DNA from: Thermoplasmatales archaeon
GTDB taxonomy: Archaea; Thermoplasmatota; E2; UBA202; JdFR-43
Assembly: GCA_014361195.1 (NCBI GenBank)
Contig: JACIWA010000003.1
Span: 131,894 to 195,893 of the forward strand
Direction: 5' to 3'
Length of the DNA: 64,000 bases
The translations under genes and the position numbers were made by a program. This document shows positions 1-9,366 of the stretch, piece after piece (positions within the stretch are counted from its first letter, which is position 1; every line of letters begins with the position of its first letter). Under the pieces are notes generated by a model. The model saw nothing but the letters and a program-made list of their open reading frames with translations, had not been told where the DNA came from and searched no databases.

Positions 1-1115
1 CTTTCATATAGCAGCTCTTGAGCAATTTTTAAAACAGGATTTATTTTTTTATCATCATTCTCAATTTTTTGCTCATTTTTCTTAATTTCAGAAATTCCTT
101 CATTATAGACTTTTTCCTTATCAAACTCACAAAAATCTTTGAAAAAATCTTCTACTAGGGGCTCATCAAAAGAAAATGAATCATCTAGAAATAATTTTCC
201 CAAATTTACAGTCGTTTTGAGCACAGAAACAATATCCACACTATTGAAAATTAAAAATTGAATGATTACCATGCCCAGATTTGTTATTGGAATAAGCCAT
301 CTATTGCTAACTATATTGTTTATCCCCCCTCCTCCATATTGAAGCAATGCTCTTATTTCAGTAATACCTTCTCCCATTACTGTAACAAATGTCATCAACG
401 GTTTAAACTCTCCCGTTAAATTATTCTCATAATCTATAGAAAGCTCCATCAACAAAGGCAGGCGAGATGGAATTATTGCGGATATACTCAATTCTTTTTC
501 ATATTTCTTATCTTTCTCTAAGTCATGTATTTCAATTTTCATTCCATCAACAATTGTCTTCCAGTAAATTGTATATTCTTTATCATTTACGCCCAAAAAT
601 TCTACATTTCTGTCCAATTTCATCCTTATGTCATCTAACCTTATATTTTCATAGGATGGTTTTTCAATGACATTTATTGCATAATCTCCCACCTTATATT
701 TATCATTTTTAAACATTTCTTCAAGATATTCACTCAGTGTATTATTAATTAAATCTCTTACCCAATTTTTGTTATATTTCATTATTTTCTCTTTGTCTAA
801 GCTTTCAAAATATGGATCGCTTCCACCATATTTTCTCGCCAATTCATAATCTATTTTTTCATCATCTTTTGGCAGATAAAATACCGGATTTTCTCCTAAA
901 ACTTTCATTGCTTCAAGTCCCGCATATCTTAAAATTCTGACCATTTCCTGTTCAAAGTTTAATAAAGCATATTTTAGCGAAGAAGATTCCAAACTTTCAA
1001 CATGCCTTGAAGAATATTCCTTTTGTAAGTTTGAGATGATTGAAGATGTAAATATGGCTCCCAATAGAAGAAAAACACCGAGCAAAGAAAATGGTATTCT
1101 CCCTTTATTATCCAT
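1..1115 (-). CDS. Large pilin-like (class III signal peptide) protein, runs off the window start
   Basis: Not in the ORF track; manual translation from ATG at 1115 gives MDNKG|RIPFSLLGVFLLLGAIFTSS..., open as far as I translated it; preceded by a GGAGGTGA RBS. Confidence 0.75.
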   Translation of the reverse strand, partial: MDNKGRIPFSLLGVFLLLGAIFTSSIISNLQKEYSSRHVESLESSSLKYALLNFEQEMVRILRYAGLEAMKVLGENPVFYLPKDDEKIDYELARKYGGSDPYFESLDKEKIMKYNKNWVRDLINNTLSEYLEEMFKNDKYKVGDYAINVIEKPSYENIRLDDIRMKLDRNVEFLGVNDKEYTIYWKTIVDGMKIEIHDLEKDKKYEKELSISAIIPSRLPLLMELSIDYENNLTGEFKPLMTFVTVMGEGITEIRALLQYGGGGINNIVSNRWLIPITNLGMVIIQFLIFNSVDIVSVLKTTVNLGKLFLDDSFSFDEPLVEDFFKDFCEFDKEKVYNEGISEIKKNEQKIENDDKKINPVLKIAQELLYE

Positions 1116-1118
1116 TTT

Positions 1119-2111
1119 TCACCTCCATATAAATAGAGTAACTTCCGCCCTACAAAAATCAATTCTCTTAACAATTTTACTTATTTCCCCATAATACTCA
1201 TCAATAAAGTCATTTAATCTCTCTTTCACAAATTCGACGATTTTATTGCGTGCATAATCAAACTTTTCTTCCAATTTTTCAAAAGATTCTTCCATCATTT
1301 GCTCAAACAGCTCCTGAAATTTCTCTTCTATAAATTCGCCCAAAAAACTATCTAATTTCAAAATATCATTATCAAAAATCCCTGATTTCTTTACAGTTTC
1401 ATTGAAAATAAAATCACAGATATTTTCTCTTAAACTCTCAAATAAATCTTTTAGTGTTTCATCTATAAAATCCTCTATAATTTCATTCAAATATTCCTTA
1501 ATTTTTTCCTTATCAATTTCATTCTTTATTTTTTCTATCTGAAGCCCAATAGATGTTATAAAGGAAGGAGGCATCATAATCAATAGACGAGATGAATAAA
1601 CACCTTTATCAGGAATTTCATCTCCAACGCATATTTTTCCTCCAAAATCTAACCCAATTATGGGTTGCCATACCGCAGTAAAATTGAATTTATATCCCTT
1701 TAGATTTTCCCTAAAAAATTCCTCAATCTCTTCTTCAAGATTCCTCTCAAAACCTTTAACAAAAAAGTTAAAATTTTTTCCTTCACATCTTATCTGGCAT
1801 AGCAGGCAAGTTGAAACAAGCTCACCATAAGATAAATGAAGCGATTCCTTGCCCAAAAATTTTTTTATTATCCCCTCAACAAACCCCTTCGCTTCTAAAT
1901 CAAATAAAATATACTGGAAATCATTTGTATTACTGCTCAAAAAAGTATATAATGCCTCATTCACCCTTTCCTCATTTTCCTTTTCCTCATAAATGCTCGC
2001 CATCTTCCCGCCAAAGAGGGCGGGCGCCAGCACCATTGCTGATATAGATACCATTATACAAAAAATGATGGCATCCTGCATTATTGAAATTCCCTTTTTT
2101 CCTAATCCCAT
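1119..2111 (-). CDS. Pilin-like protein with class III signal peptide
   Basis: Likely start MGLGKKG|ISIMQDAIIFCIMVSISAMVL: basic N-terminus, KG cleavage motif, hydrophobic helix. Confidence 0.7.
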   Translation of the reverse strand: MGLGKKGISIMQDAIIFCIMVSISAMVLAPALFGGKMASIYEEKENEERVNEALYTFLSSNTNDFQYILFDLEAKGFVEGIIKKFLGKESLHLSYGELVSTCLLCQIRCEGKNFNFFVKGFERNLEEEIEEFFRENLKGYKFNFTAVWQPIIGLDFGGKICVGDEIPDKGVYSSRLLIMMPPSFITSIGLQIEKIKNEIDKEKIKEYLNEIIEDFIDETLKDLFESLRENICDFIFNETVKKSGIFDNDILKLDSFLGEFIEEKFQELFEQMMEESFEKLEEKFDYARNKIVEFVKERLNDFIDEYYGEISKIVKRIDFCRAEVTLFIWR

Positions 2112-2533
2112 ATGATCACCGTTACCCATCCATAATCTATTTCCGCATCGTTCAGCATGATAGGCATTGATTTTGAAGCAGAGATTGCATTTTTTCCTTT
2201 CTTTTCTCCTATTTCAAAAATTTTATTTCTAACCTCAACTTTTAGAAGAAAATCTCTCTTTATAATGCCCTTCATTTCTTCATAATTTTCGTTTTTAATT
2301 TTTTTGGCATCAATGCAACCATTCCTAATCACTGGACTGTTTTCATTTGTCAATTTTTCAAGCAAGTAATTTGCATCCGCATATCCATCTATACTCCTGA
2401 CCATTTCTTTATAGGAGAGATATACACCTGCTATTAAGGAAAAAAATATTGCAAGAGCCATCATTACTATCAAAAGAGAAGGAAGAGCAGTAAATTCTTC
2501 AGATGCCCTTTTATCTCTTATAAATGAGAACAT
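2102..2533 (-). CDS. Pilin-like protein with class III signal peptide
   Basis: MFSFIRDKRA|SEEFTALPSLLIVMMALAIFF; overlaps both neighbours. Confidence 0.7.
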   Translation of the reverse strand: MFSFIRDKRASEEFTALPSLLIVMMALAIFFSLIAGVYLSYKEMVRSIDGYADANYLLEKLTNENSPVIRNGCIDAKKIKNENYEEMKGIIKRDFLLKVEVRNKIFEIGEKKGKNAISASKSMPIMLNDAEIDYGWVTVIIWD

Positions 2534-3086
2534 ATTCCTCACCATAAATTTCCATTTTTTCTATAAAAACTTTTTCTTTTGGATAAATTATCATCTGCTC
2601 ATATGAAAAAAACTTTATTGATTTTGAAAGATTCTCCGCCAAATAATCTTTTGGATTAGAATATCCTAAATCCTTGTATCTCTCCTCCTCTATAAATTTT
2701 TTTAGCTCCTCACCGCTTTTCCAATCCCAATTGTCACAACGAGGATAAATCTTTATCAGCAACTTTTTATTAACCTCTATATTTTTCCTTATTCTTCCAT
2801 CATTCCTTATAACTCTTATATAATCCGTGGATATGCTCACCTGATAACTAAAATTTTTATCAAGAAATGTAAAGGTTTGATAGCTTGGAAAACTATTGAG
2901 ATCAACTCCATATATTGCTGATGCAAAATTTGATGCAATATTTTTTATCTCCGCTTCTTTTATCCAATCATTGTAGAATGCAAATCCAGCAATACTCAGA
3001 AGAAGAAAGGAAGTGGCTAAAAAAAGGCTAAATTGAGAAAGCAACCAGGATATATCTCCATTATTCCCCAACCTGTATTTCAACAT
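2511..3086 (-). CDS. Pilin-like protein
   Basis: RLGNNG|DISWLLSQFSLFLATSFLLLSI hydrophobic N-helix followed by EAEIKNIASNFASAI amphipathic helix. Confidence 0.6.
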   Translation of the reverse strand: MLKYRLGNNGDISWLLSQFSLFLATSFLLLSIAGFAFYNDWIKEAEIKNIASNFASAIYGVDLNSFPSYQTFTFLDKNFSYQVSISTDYIRVIRNDGRIRKNIEVNKKLLIKIYPRCDNWDWKSGEELKKFIEEERYKDLGYSNPKDYLAENLSKSIKFFSYEQMIIYPKEKVFIEKMEIYGEEYVLIYKR

Positions 3087-3471
3087 ATTTCTCCCCGTTC
3101 TTTTTCAGCTCGAGCGTTAGAAAATTTTTTCCAGGGTAAATCTTTTGATCGCATCTCAAATTTACATCTGAATATAAAACCCTGTTTTCATTCCATTTCA
3201 TAACTATTCTAATTGATTTATCTCTTATTTCAACAAAACTAACATCTTTTCCTATATTCACCTCCATTGATTTCCTTGTGCCCTCCTCTGCCTGCGCCGC
3301 CATCAGATTTGCCTCGCTTATAATTTTTCTAATTTCTTTCTCTGCCTCCTCTATTCTATAATTCCTCCAGGTTTTATATAGGGCAAAAGATATAATTGAG
3401 ATGGCAAGGGATGCGATAATAATCATGATAAGATATTGAACTGGTGTTTCTAAAATCCCTTTATTTTTCAT
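3061..3471 (-). CDS. Pilin-like protein with class III signal peptide
   Basis: MKNKG|ILETPVQYLIMIIIASLAISIISF. Confidence 0.72.
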   Translation of the reverse strand: MKNKGILETPVQYLIMIIIASLAISIISFALYKTWRNYRIEEAEKEIRKIISEANLMAAQAEEGTRKSMEVNIGKDVSFVEIRDKSIRIVMKWNENRVLYSDVNLRCDQKIYPGKNFLTLELKKNGEKYVEIQVGE

Positions 3472-3926
3472 TTAATCACCTTTCTTCCAAATGTAAGAAT
3501 TATGAAAATTCCTCCGATTATTGCAATAAAAGGAGGTGAGGAAACAATATTTTGATAACCCAGAAAAACCATAATTGCTACTATTATTAAAAGCAATCCA
3601 ACCCCAAAACTTGTTATTTCAATCGGTAATATTATTCTCTCCAGCCTTTTTGTTGATATCTTATTTTCTATTTCCGCCAATTTCTTCTCCATTTCCTTAA
3701 ATTTCTCATTTTCTTCTTCAAGAAAAACTATTGGCTTAGCTCTCTTAATTTCTTTTGCCTCTTTTTTCTCATAAAAATTTACATTTTCTCCAGATAATCT
3801 TCTCTCTATTGCATCTATTCTTTTATCTAGTGCTTCAACATTTTGCTCTATTTTTAAAATCCATCCTCTTATTTCCGCATCTTCTCTTGTATATTTTCTC
3901 TCCTCCTCTTTTTTCTTGACTTTCAT
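3468..3926 (-). CDS. Coiled-coil protein with two C-terminal transmembrane helices
   Basis: Heptad-like EQNVEALDKRIDAIERRL segment and two C-terminal hydrophobic segments; overlaps flanking pilin-like genes. Confidence 0.7.
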   Translation of the reverse strand: MKVKKKEEERKYTREDAEIRGWILKIEQNVEALDKRIDAIERRLSGENVNFYEKKEAKEIKRAKPIVFLEEENEKFKEMEKKLAEIENKISTKRLERIILPIEITSFGVGLLLIIVAIMVFLGYQNIVSSPPFIAIIGGIFIILTFGRKVIK

Positions 3927-4318
3927 TTTCTAACTACCTTTATTTTTTCAATACCTTCATACTTTTCATAACCAATAGCTCTTACTTCTATACTTAAATA
4001 ACCTTCATTTTCTTCAAGATGGGGCATAAAAGCAATTACCGCCTTTCCATCTATAGTTTTTTGAGATGAAAAATTTCCTAATCCCTTAATTATTACATTT
4101 GCACCGCTAATTGGCTTAGAATTTTCATCAACCACAGTTACTTCTATTAAAATTTCTTTTCCATCAAATTCGTAAATGTCTTTGTCCCAAGAAACAATTA
4201 GTGAAGGAGATGGTTTAAGAGTTCTAATATAAGAGACAACAATAAAAAGAGCAAATAAGCCAATAGCCAGGCTAACAATGAATTTCAGAGGTAAATCAAT
4301 TGTTCCAGAAGAATTCAT
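3923..4318 (-). CDS. Pilin-like protein with Ig-like/carboxypeptidase-regulatory-like domain
   Basis: MNSSG|TIDLPLKFIVSLAIGLFALFIVV; VTVVDENSKPISGANVII motif; paralogue of 4320-4820. Confidence 0.7.
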   Translation of the reverse strand: MNSSGTIDLPLKFIVSLAIGLFALFIVVSYIRTLKPSPSLIVSWDKDIYEFDGKEILIEVTVVDENSKPISGANVIIKGLGNFSSQKTIDGKAVIAFMPHLEENEGYLSIEVRAIGYEKYEGIEKIKVVRK

Positions 4319-4319
4319 T

Positions 4320-4820
4320 CTACGATGAAACTCTTAATATTAATATGCCTTCATCATCAACAAAGCTCTGATAACCAGATGCCTTTACCTCTATTCTCAT
4401 GTAAATCTCTTCTTGATTTTCCTCAAGTTTTGCACCCTTGATGTTTATTTTTGCAACCCCAGTTGCATCTGTTTTGTTACTTCCTGCGGTCCCCGCCCCA
4501 CTGATTGTGACTGTTGCACCACTAATTGGCTTATTGGTATTTTTTTCATATACTTTTATCTCTGCGGTAAAATCAATGTTCAGCACCCTTTCCATTCCTT
4601 TCGCTTTTACCCTCACCAAATAACCTTCGCCACTGATCACATTTCCACTTCCTGTGATCTTGGTACAGGTTGCTTCTATTGGCTTATCAAATGTTATATA
4701 TTTCATCATTGCGAGAACTGCTGCAAGAACTGCAACTGCAATTACAACTATTATTATCAGATACATTGGCAAACCTTCTATCCCCCTTTTATCTCTAAAC
4801 AAATTCCTCCCTTTCCTCAT
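4320..4820 (-). CDS. Probable major pilin-like protein with Ig-like domain
   Basis: MRKGRNLFRDKRG|IEGLPMYLIIIVVIAVAVLAAVLAMM class III signal; KPISGATVTI..KTDATGVA Ig-like motif. Confidence 0.78.
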   Translation of the reverse strand: MRKGRNLFRDKRGIEGLPMYLIIIVVIAVAVLAAVLAMMKYITFDKPIEATCTKITGSGNVISGEGYLVRVKAKGMERVLNIDFTAEIKVYEKNTNKPISGATVTISGAGTAGSNKTDATGVAKINIKGAKLEENQEEIYMRIEVKASGYQSFVDDEGILILRVSS

Positions 4821-4840
4821 AAAAGTATATACAAAAATTA

Positions 4841-4848
4841 TTTATAAA
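4841..4848 (-). promoter_or_regulatory. TATA box of the pilin-like operon
   Basis: TTTATAAA 21-28 bp upstream of the ATG at 4820, consistent with a leaderless transcript. Confidence 0.5.
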
Positions 4849-4867
4849 TTTTTTTTTAATCAACTCG

Positions 4868-4908
4868 CCTAAAATTGCAAAATACCTAAAATTTAGGTAA
4901 GCCGAAAT
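4868..4908. promoter_or_regulatory. DtxR/MntR-family-like metal operator array
   Basis: TTTAGGTAAGCCGAAA (4892-4907), perfect palindrome TACCTAAA-A-TTTAGGTA (4883-4899), CC(T/G)AAA half-sites at 4868, 4885 and 4902; directly upstream of feoA. Confidence 0.6.
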
Positions 4909-4937
4909 ATTTTTAAATATTCATAAATTTCAGAGCC

Positions 4938-5168
4938 GTGGAAATACCTCTTGTTGATTTAGAACCTGGAAAAGAAGGAATAATTGCATCCATAGAAGGA
5001 GGTTTTGGCCTAAAGAGAAGAATAAGGAGTATTGGACTAAGAGAAGGAAAAAATTTAAGGGTAATAGCATCTCATCCCTTTGGTGGGCCAATAGTTGTTG
5101 AGGTAGATGGAAGGGAAATAAGTATTGGAAGAGGAATGGCAATGAAAATATTTGTTGAGATAAAATGA
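4938..5168 (+). CDS. feoA: Ferrous iron transport protein A
   Basis: LVDLEPG..RRIRSIGLREG..PFGGPIVVEVDGREISIGRGMA, FeoA SH3-like pattern. Confidence 0.93.
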   Translation: MEIPLVDLEPGKEGIIASIEGGFGLKRRIRSIGLREGKNLRVIASHPFGGPIVVEVDGREISIGRGMAMKIFVEIK

Positions 5169-6865
5169 AGATAGTTTTAATGGGCAATCCAAATGTTGGA
5201 AAAAGCGTAATCTTTTCTCGCCTCACTGGAGCAAATGTAGTAGTATCCAATTATCCTGGCACAACAGTTGATTTCACAAAAGGGAAAATGAGGCTAGAGG
5301 GAAAAGAGGTTGAAATTATAGATGCTCCTGGCACATATTCCTTAACTCCTTCAAATAAAGCGGAAGAAGTTGCAAAAAAAATTATGGAAGAAGCAGATTT
5401 GATAATAAATGTTGTTGATGCAACAAATCTTGAAAGGAATTTATTTCTTACACTGGAAATTATTGAAGAAAAAAAGCCGATTGTTGTTGCCTTAAATCTA
5501 TGGGATGAAGCAAAACACAAAGGAATTGAAATAGATTTAAAAGAATTGGAAAGGCAATTGGGTGTGCCTGTTGTTGCAACGGTGGCATTGACTGGAGAAG
5601 GAATAAAAGAATTGGTAGAAAGAATTAAAGATGCGAAGGTTAAGGAGAGAGAAAAGACAAGCGATGATGAAAAATGGGTTGAGATAGGAAGAATTATAAA
5701 AAATACTCAAAAAGTAAAACATCGCCACCATACTTTAAGAGATAGATTATCTGAGCTATCAATAAAACCACTCACTGGATTGCCAATAGCAATTTTTGTT
5801 TTAATTATCTCCTTTTTATCAGTAAGACTTCTAGGAGAAACTTTGATAAATTATTTCTTTGATCCAATTTTTTGGTTCTACAAGATATTTGTGATGAAAA
5901 TAAGCAATTTTTTAGGAGAAGGAATAGTCCACGATATCATTGTGGGAAAATTAATTGATGGAGAAATAGATTTCATGCAATCCTTAGGGATAATTACAAC
6001 AGGCTTGTATGTTCCTTTTGGTATTGTTCTTCCCTATATATTTTCCTTTTACCTAATTCTTTCAATACTTGAAGACACTGGCTATTTACCCCGCCTCTCT
6101 ACGCTATTAGACAATATTTTCCATCGTTTAGGAATGCACGGCTCGGGCGTAATACCTCTTTTTCTTGGCTTGGGTTGCAATGTTCCTGGTTTGCTATCTA
6201 CAAGAATACTTGATACAAAAAAGCAGAGGTTTATAGCAATAACTCTTATAAGCATAGCAATTCCATGCATGGCACAGACCGCAATGATCTTCGCTCTCTT
6301 AGGGAGATATGGAATAAAATATATAGCAATAGTTTATTTAACCTTGGGAGCAATCTATACTACTGGTGGTTTGCTTCTAAACAGATTTTTAAAAGGAGAA
6401 AGTATTGAAATATTTTTAGAAATTCCTCCTTATAGGCTACCAAGCATTTCCTCAATCTTCAAAAAAACATGGATTAGAATAAAATGGTATCTTTCAGATG
6501 CCCTCCCATGGCTTTTCACAGGTGTTTTCATAACAACTATCCTCTACTCTTTAGACCTATTTTCAAAAATCTCGAGCATATTCTCTCCATTTATGAAACC
6601 CATATTTGGATTACCCGGCGAGACAGCTTTCCCATTACTCATAGGATTTTTTAGAAAAGATCTGGCGGTTGGCCTCCTGATGCCCCTCAACCTCACCGCC
6701 CCTCAAATGGTGGTGGCGGTGACCGTGCTTACAATTTATTTCCCGTGTGTTGCGTCTTTTGCGGTTTTATTTAAGGAGCTGGGAAAGGATGCAATAAAGA
6801 CAGTGGCAATAATGCTATTCACTGCACTTTTTGTTGGATTTATTATGAAGACAATACTTATTTAA
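5165..6865 (+). CDS. feoB: Ferrous iron transport protein B
   Basis: GNPNVGKS, NYPGTTV and DAPG GTPase motifs plus gate motifs GLGCNVPG and YFPCVA. Confidence 0.95.
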   Translation: MKIVLMGNPNVGKSVIFSRLTGANVVVSNYPGTTVDFTKGKMRLEGKEVEIIDAPGTYSLTPSNKAEEVAKKIMEEADLIINVVDATNLERNLFLTLEIIEEKKPIVVALNLWDEAKHKGIEIDLKELERQLGVPVVATVALTGEGIKELVERIKDAKVKEREKTSDDEKWVEIGRIIKNTQKVKHRHHTLRDRLSELSIKPLTGLPIAIFVLIISFLSVRLLGETLINYFFDPIFWFYKIFVMKISNFLGEGIVHDIIVGKLIDGEIDFMQSLGIITTGLYVPFGIVLPYIFSFYLILSILEDTGYLPRLSTLLDNIFHRLGMHGSGVIPLFLGLGCNVPGLLSTRILDTKKQRFIAITLISIAIPCMAQTAMIFALLGRYGIKYIAIVYLTLGAIYTTGGLLLNRFLKGESIEIFLEIPPYRLPSISSIFKKTWIRIKWYLSDALPWLFTGVFITTILYSLDLFSKISSIFSPFMKPIFGLPGETAFPLLIGFFRKDLAVGLLMPLNLTAPQMVVAVTVLTIYFPCVASFAVLFKELGKDAIKTVAIMLFTALFVGFIMKTILI

Positions 6866-6885
6866 AACCCCATGATATTTCATTT

Positions 6886-9339
6886 ATGAAATTTCTCCCA
6901 TTGTTCCTAACCTTACTATTTATAACCCCAATTAATTATGAATTGCCTTTAGAGGGAAATAGTGTTTATAGTAATGCTTGCAGGTATAATATTCAGGGAT
7001 GGATATATGTTCATATAGAAGGCGATGCCTATGAGCGAGGTTATCAGCATGGCTATTTATTGTATGCAGAAATAATAGATATGATTTATAGATGGAGCAA
7101 TATTATTCATAACTGTCCATTTATTATTAAATATTTACCAGTTGATGTAAATTCATCAAGATATGAGGAAATATCAGAAAAATGGTGGGAGGGGTGTAAA
7201 AAACTTTCGATGAGAATATTTTGGCCATATTATCCAGAAGAATATAAGGAAGAAATAAGGGGAATAGCGGATGGGGTAAAAGCAAGAGGAGGAAAAGTAT
7301 ATGGGAAGGAAGTGACATATGAAGATATACTAACCCTCAATGAAATGTATGAACTGATGAGCATATTGACGAATTTTCCAAAAGGATTTCACCTTTTAAA
7401 AGATATTTTTAATCTCTTTTCTTTTTCTAGCAGAGATTTCTATGAATTTGCCCTCTCATTTTATCCAATTCATCATTGCAATGGCTTCGCAGCGGTTGGG
7501 AATGCAACAAAAGATGGAAATATTGTTATAAGCGATAGTGTATGGTGCGGGGGATGGTGGTATAGCTATTATATTGCACAGAGATGGAATGTAATACTTG
7601 ATATAGAGCCGAGCAATGGCCATCGTTTGATTATCTCAACTTCTCCTGGTTATATATGGAGCGACGAAGATTTCTGGCAAAATGATGAGGGCATTGCAAT
7701 GATTGAAACAACTTTCATACAAGGAGTTTTTAAACTGAGAGGTTTGCCTCTTGCAGTAAGGGCAAGAATGGCTATTCAATACGGAAGCAGTATAGACGAT
7801 GTAATAAAATATCTTCTTGAAGGAAATACGGGTGTAATGAATGCTCAATGGCTTATAGCGGATGCAAAAGAAAAGGAAATAGCACTTTTTGAATTCGGCC
7901 TCTATCATTATAATATCATAAGGAAAAAAGATGGGTTTTTATGGAGTGCAAACAATCCTTTTGATTTCAGGGTGAGAAGAGATATCATAGGATATGAAGT
8001 TCTTAAAGCTCCTCTATTCAGGCTCGCTCACATTTTGTTTAATGCAACTGGCTACCAGTATTACACCCTTTTTTATACACCTTCAGAAAGAGATATAAAA
8101 TTTGAAGAACTTGGAAATCAATATTATGGTAAAATAGATGCAGAAGTTGTTAAGAAAATAATGTCCTCTCCTCCAATAACTGATTTTACAACAGATTGCA
8201 AAATAACAGACGGGAATTTAATATTTAACAATTCTCTATGGGCATTTTTTGGAAACCCTATATATGTATGGAACACATCTTCATTGAGCAAACTGAAAGG
8301 TGTTGTGGATGTTCCGCCCGCTGGATGGGTTAGAATTGATGGCGTTGCTTATAATTTCTCTCCAAATTTTGAAAAAGGGGCGAGTGGTAAAGGAAGGGAA
8401 GGAAAATTGTTATGGGCATTTGAGTTTGGCGAGAAGAATCATGAACATGCAAATCTTAAAAGCGATGGGAAAAATGTATATGGATATTATGGCAGAACAT
8501 TATATGTTTTGAATGAAAATGGTAGCTTGATAATGGAGAAAGATTTTGGTGAAGAAATAAATGATTTAGAGATAAAAAATGGAATAATATACGTTTCAAC
8601 AGATGAAAATTCTTACTCATTTTCAATTGATGGAAAAGCTTTATGGAAGGGAGAAGGAGGAAAGGATATTGAGATAGGTGATAGGGTTTATACAAGCAAT
8701 GAACTGATAAAATACAAGGATAAAATATATTGGGTAGAGGGAAATAAAGTTTATTGCGATAAATGGAGCTATGAAGCAAATGGAAAAATTTTATCTTTGA
8801 TGGTAGAAGATAATGTGTATGTTGGGGCAATAGATGGGATTTATTGCTTGAATAAGGATGGAGAAATGAAATGGAAATATACCACTGGATGGGGTGTTAT
8901 AGATATAGATATCGGGGAAGAAATTTATTCCGCCTGCTTAGATGGAAATTTGTATTGTATTGGTAAAGATGGAGTGATAAAATGGATTTTTACCACAAAT
9001 GCATCTCTTAAAGGAGTTGAAGCATATGGAGATAAAGTTTTTATTTCTTCAACAGATGGAAGATTTTATGCCATAAATAAAAGTGGAAAAGTTGATTTCA
9101 GCTTTTCACCCTCTCATGAAATTCAAGGTTTGTATAACTATATCACAACTCCTATATCAAAACCTGTTGCAATAGATGGTAAGATAATTTTTTCCGCAAA
9201 CGGAAAAATATATTGTATGGATGCTGAAACAATAGAAATTTTAAATAAAGAGAAAAGGAATGGATCGCCATTCATAATTTTAATTGCAATAATTGCCATC
9301 CTCCTTATAGCCATCTTTTTTATCAGGAGAAGAAAATAA
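6886..9339 (+). CDS. Secreted Ntn-hydrolase (peptidase C45/phospholipase B-like) fused to PQQ-type beta-propeller repeats and a C-terminal membrane anchor
   Basis: Signal peptide; GDAYERGYQHG; H|CNGFAAVGNATKDG autocleavage Cys; repeated DG-Y-L---G---W motifs; C-terminal TM followed by RRRK. Confidence 0.75.
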   Translation: MKFLPLFLTLLFITPINYELPLEGNSVYSNACRYNIQGWIYVHIEGDAYERGYQHGYLLYAEIIDMIYRWSNIIHNCPFIIKYLPVDVNSSRYEEISEKWWEGCKKLSMRIFWPYYPEEYKEEIRGIADGVKARGGKVYGKEVTYEDILTLNEMYELMSILTNFPKGFHLLKDIFNLFSFSSRDFYEFALSFYPIHHCNGFAAVGNATKDGNIVISDSVWCGGWWYSYYIAQRWNVILDIEPSNGHRLIISTSPGYIWSDEDFWQNDEGIAMIETTFIQGVFKLRGLPLAVRARMAIQYGSSIDDVIKYLLEGNTGVMNAQWLIADAKEKEIALFEFGLYHYNIIRKKDGFLWSANNPFDFRVRRDIIGYEVLKAPLFRLAHILFNATGYQYYTLFYTPSERDIKFEELGNQYYGKIDAEVVKKIMSSPPITDFTTDCKITDGNLIFNNSLWAFFGNPIYVWNTSSLSKLKGVVDVPPAGWVRIDGVAYNFSPNFEKGASGKGREGKLLWAFEFGEKNHEHANLKSDGKNVYGYYGRTLYVLNENGSLIMEKDFGEEINDLEIKNGIIYVSTDENSYSFSIDGKALWKGEGGKDIEIGDRVYTSNELIKYKDKIYWVEGNKVYCDKWSYEANGKILSLMVEDNVYVGAIDGIYCLNKDGEMKWKYTTGWGVIDIDIGEEIYSACLDGNLYCIGKDGVIKWIFTTNASLKGVEAYGDKVFISSTDGRFYAINKSGKVDFSFSPSHEIQGLYNYITTPISKPVAIDGKIIFSANGKIYCMDAETIEILNKEKRNGSPFIILIAIIAILLIAIFFIRRRK

Positions 9340-9366
9340 AATTAAATATCAATTTAATTTACATTT

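Noticed and set aside
1..4820. Archaellum (arl/fla) operon
   Set aside because: No archaellin GIGTLIVFIAMVLVAAVAA-type N-terminus and no arlH/I/J genes
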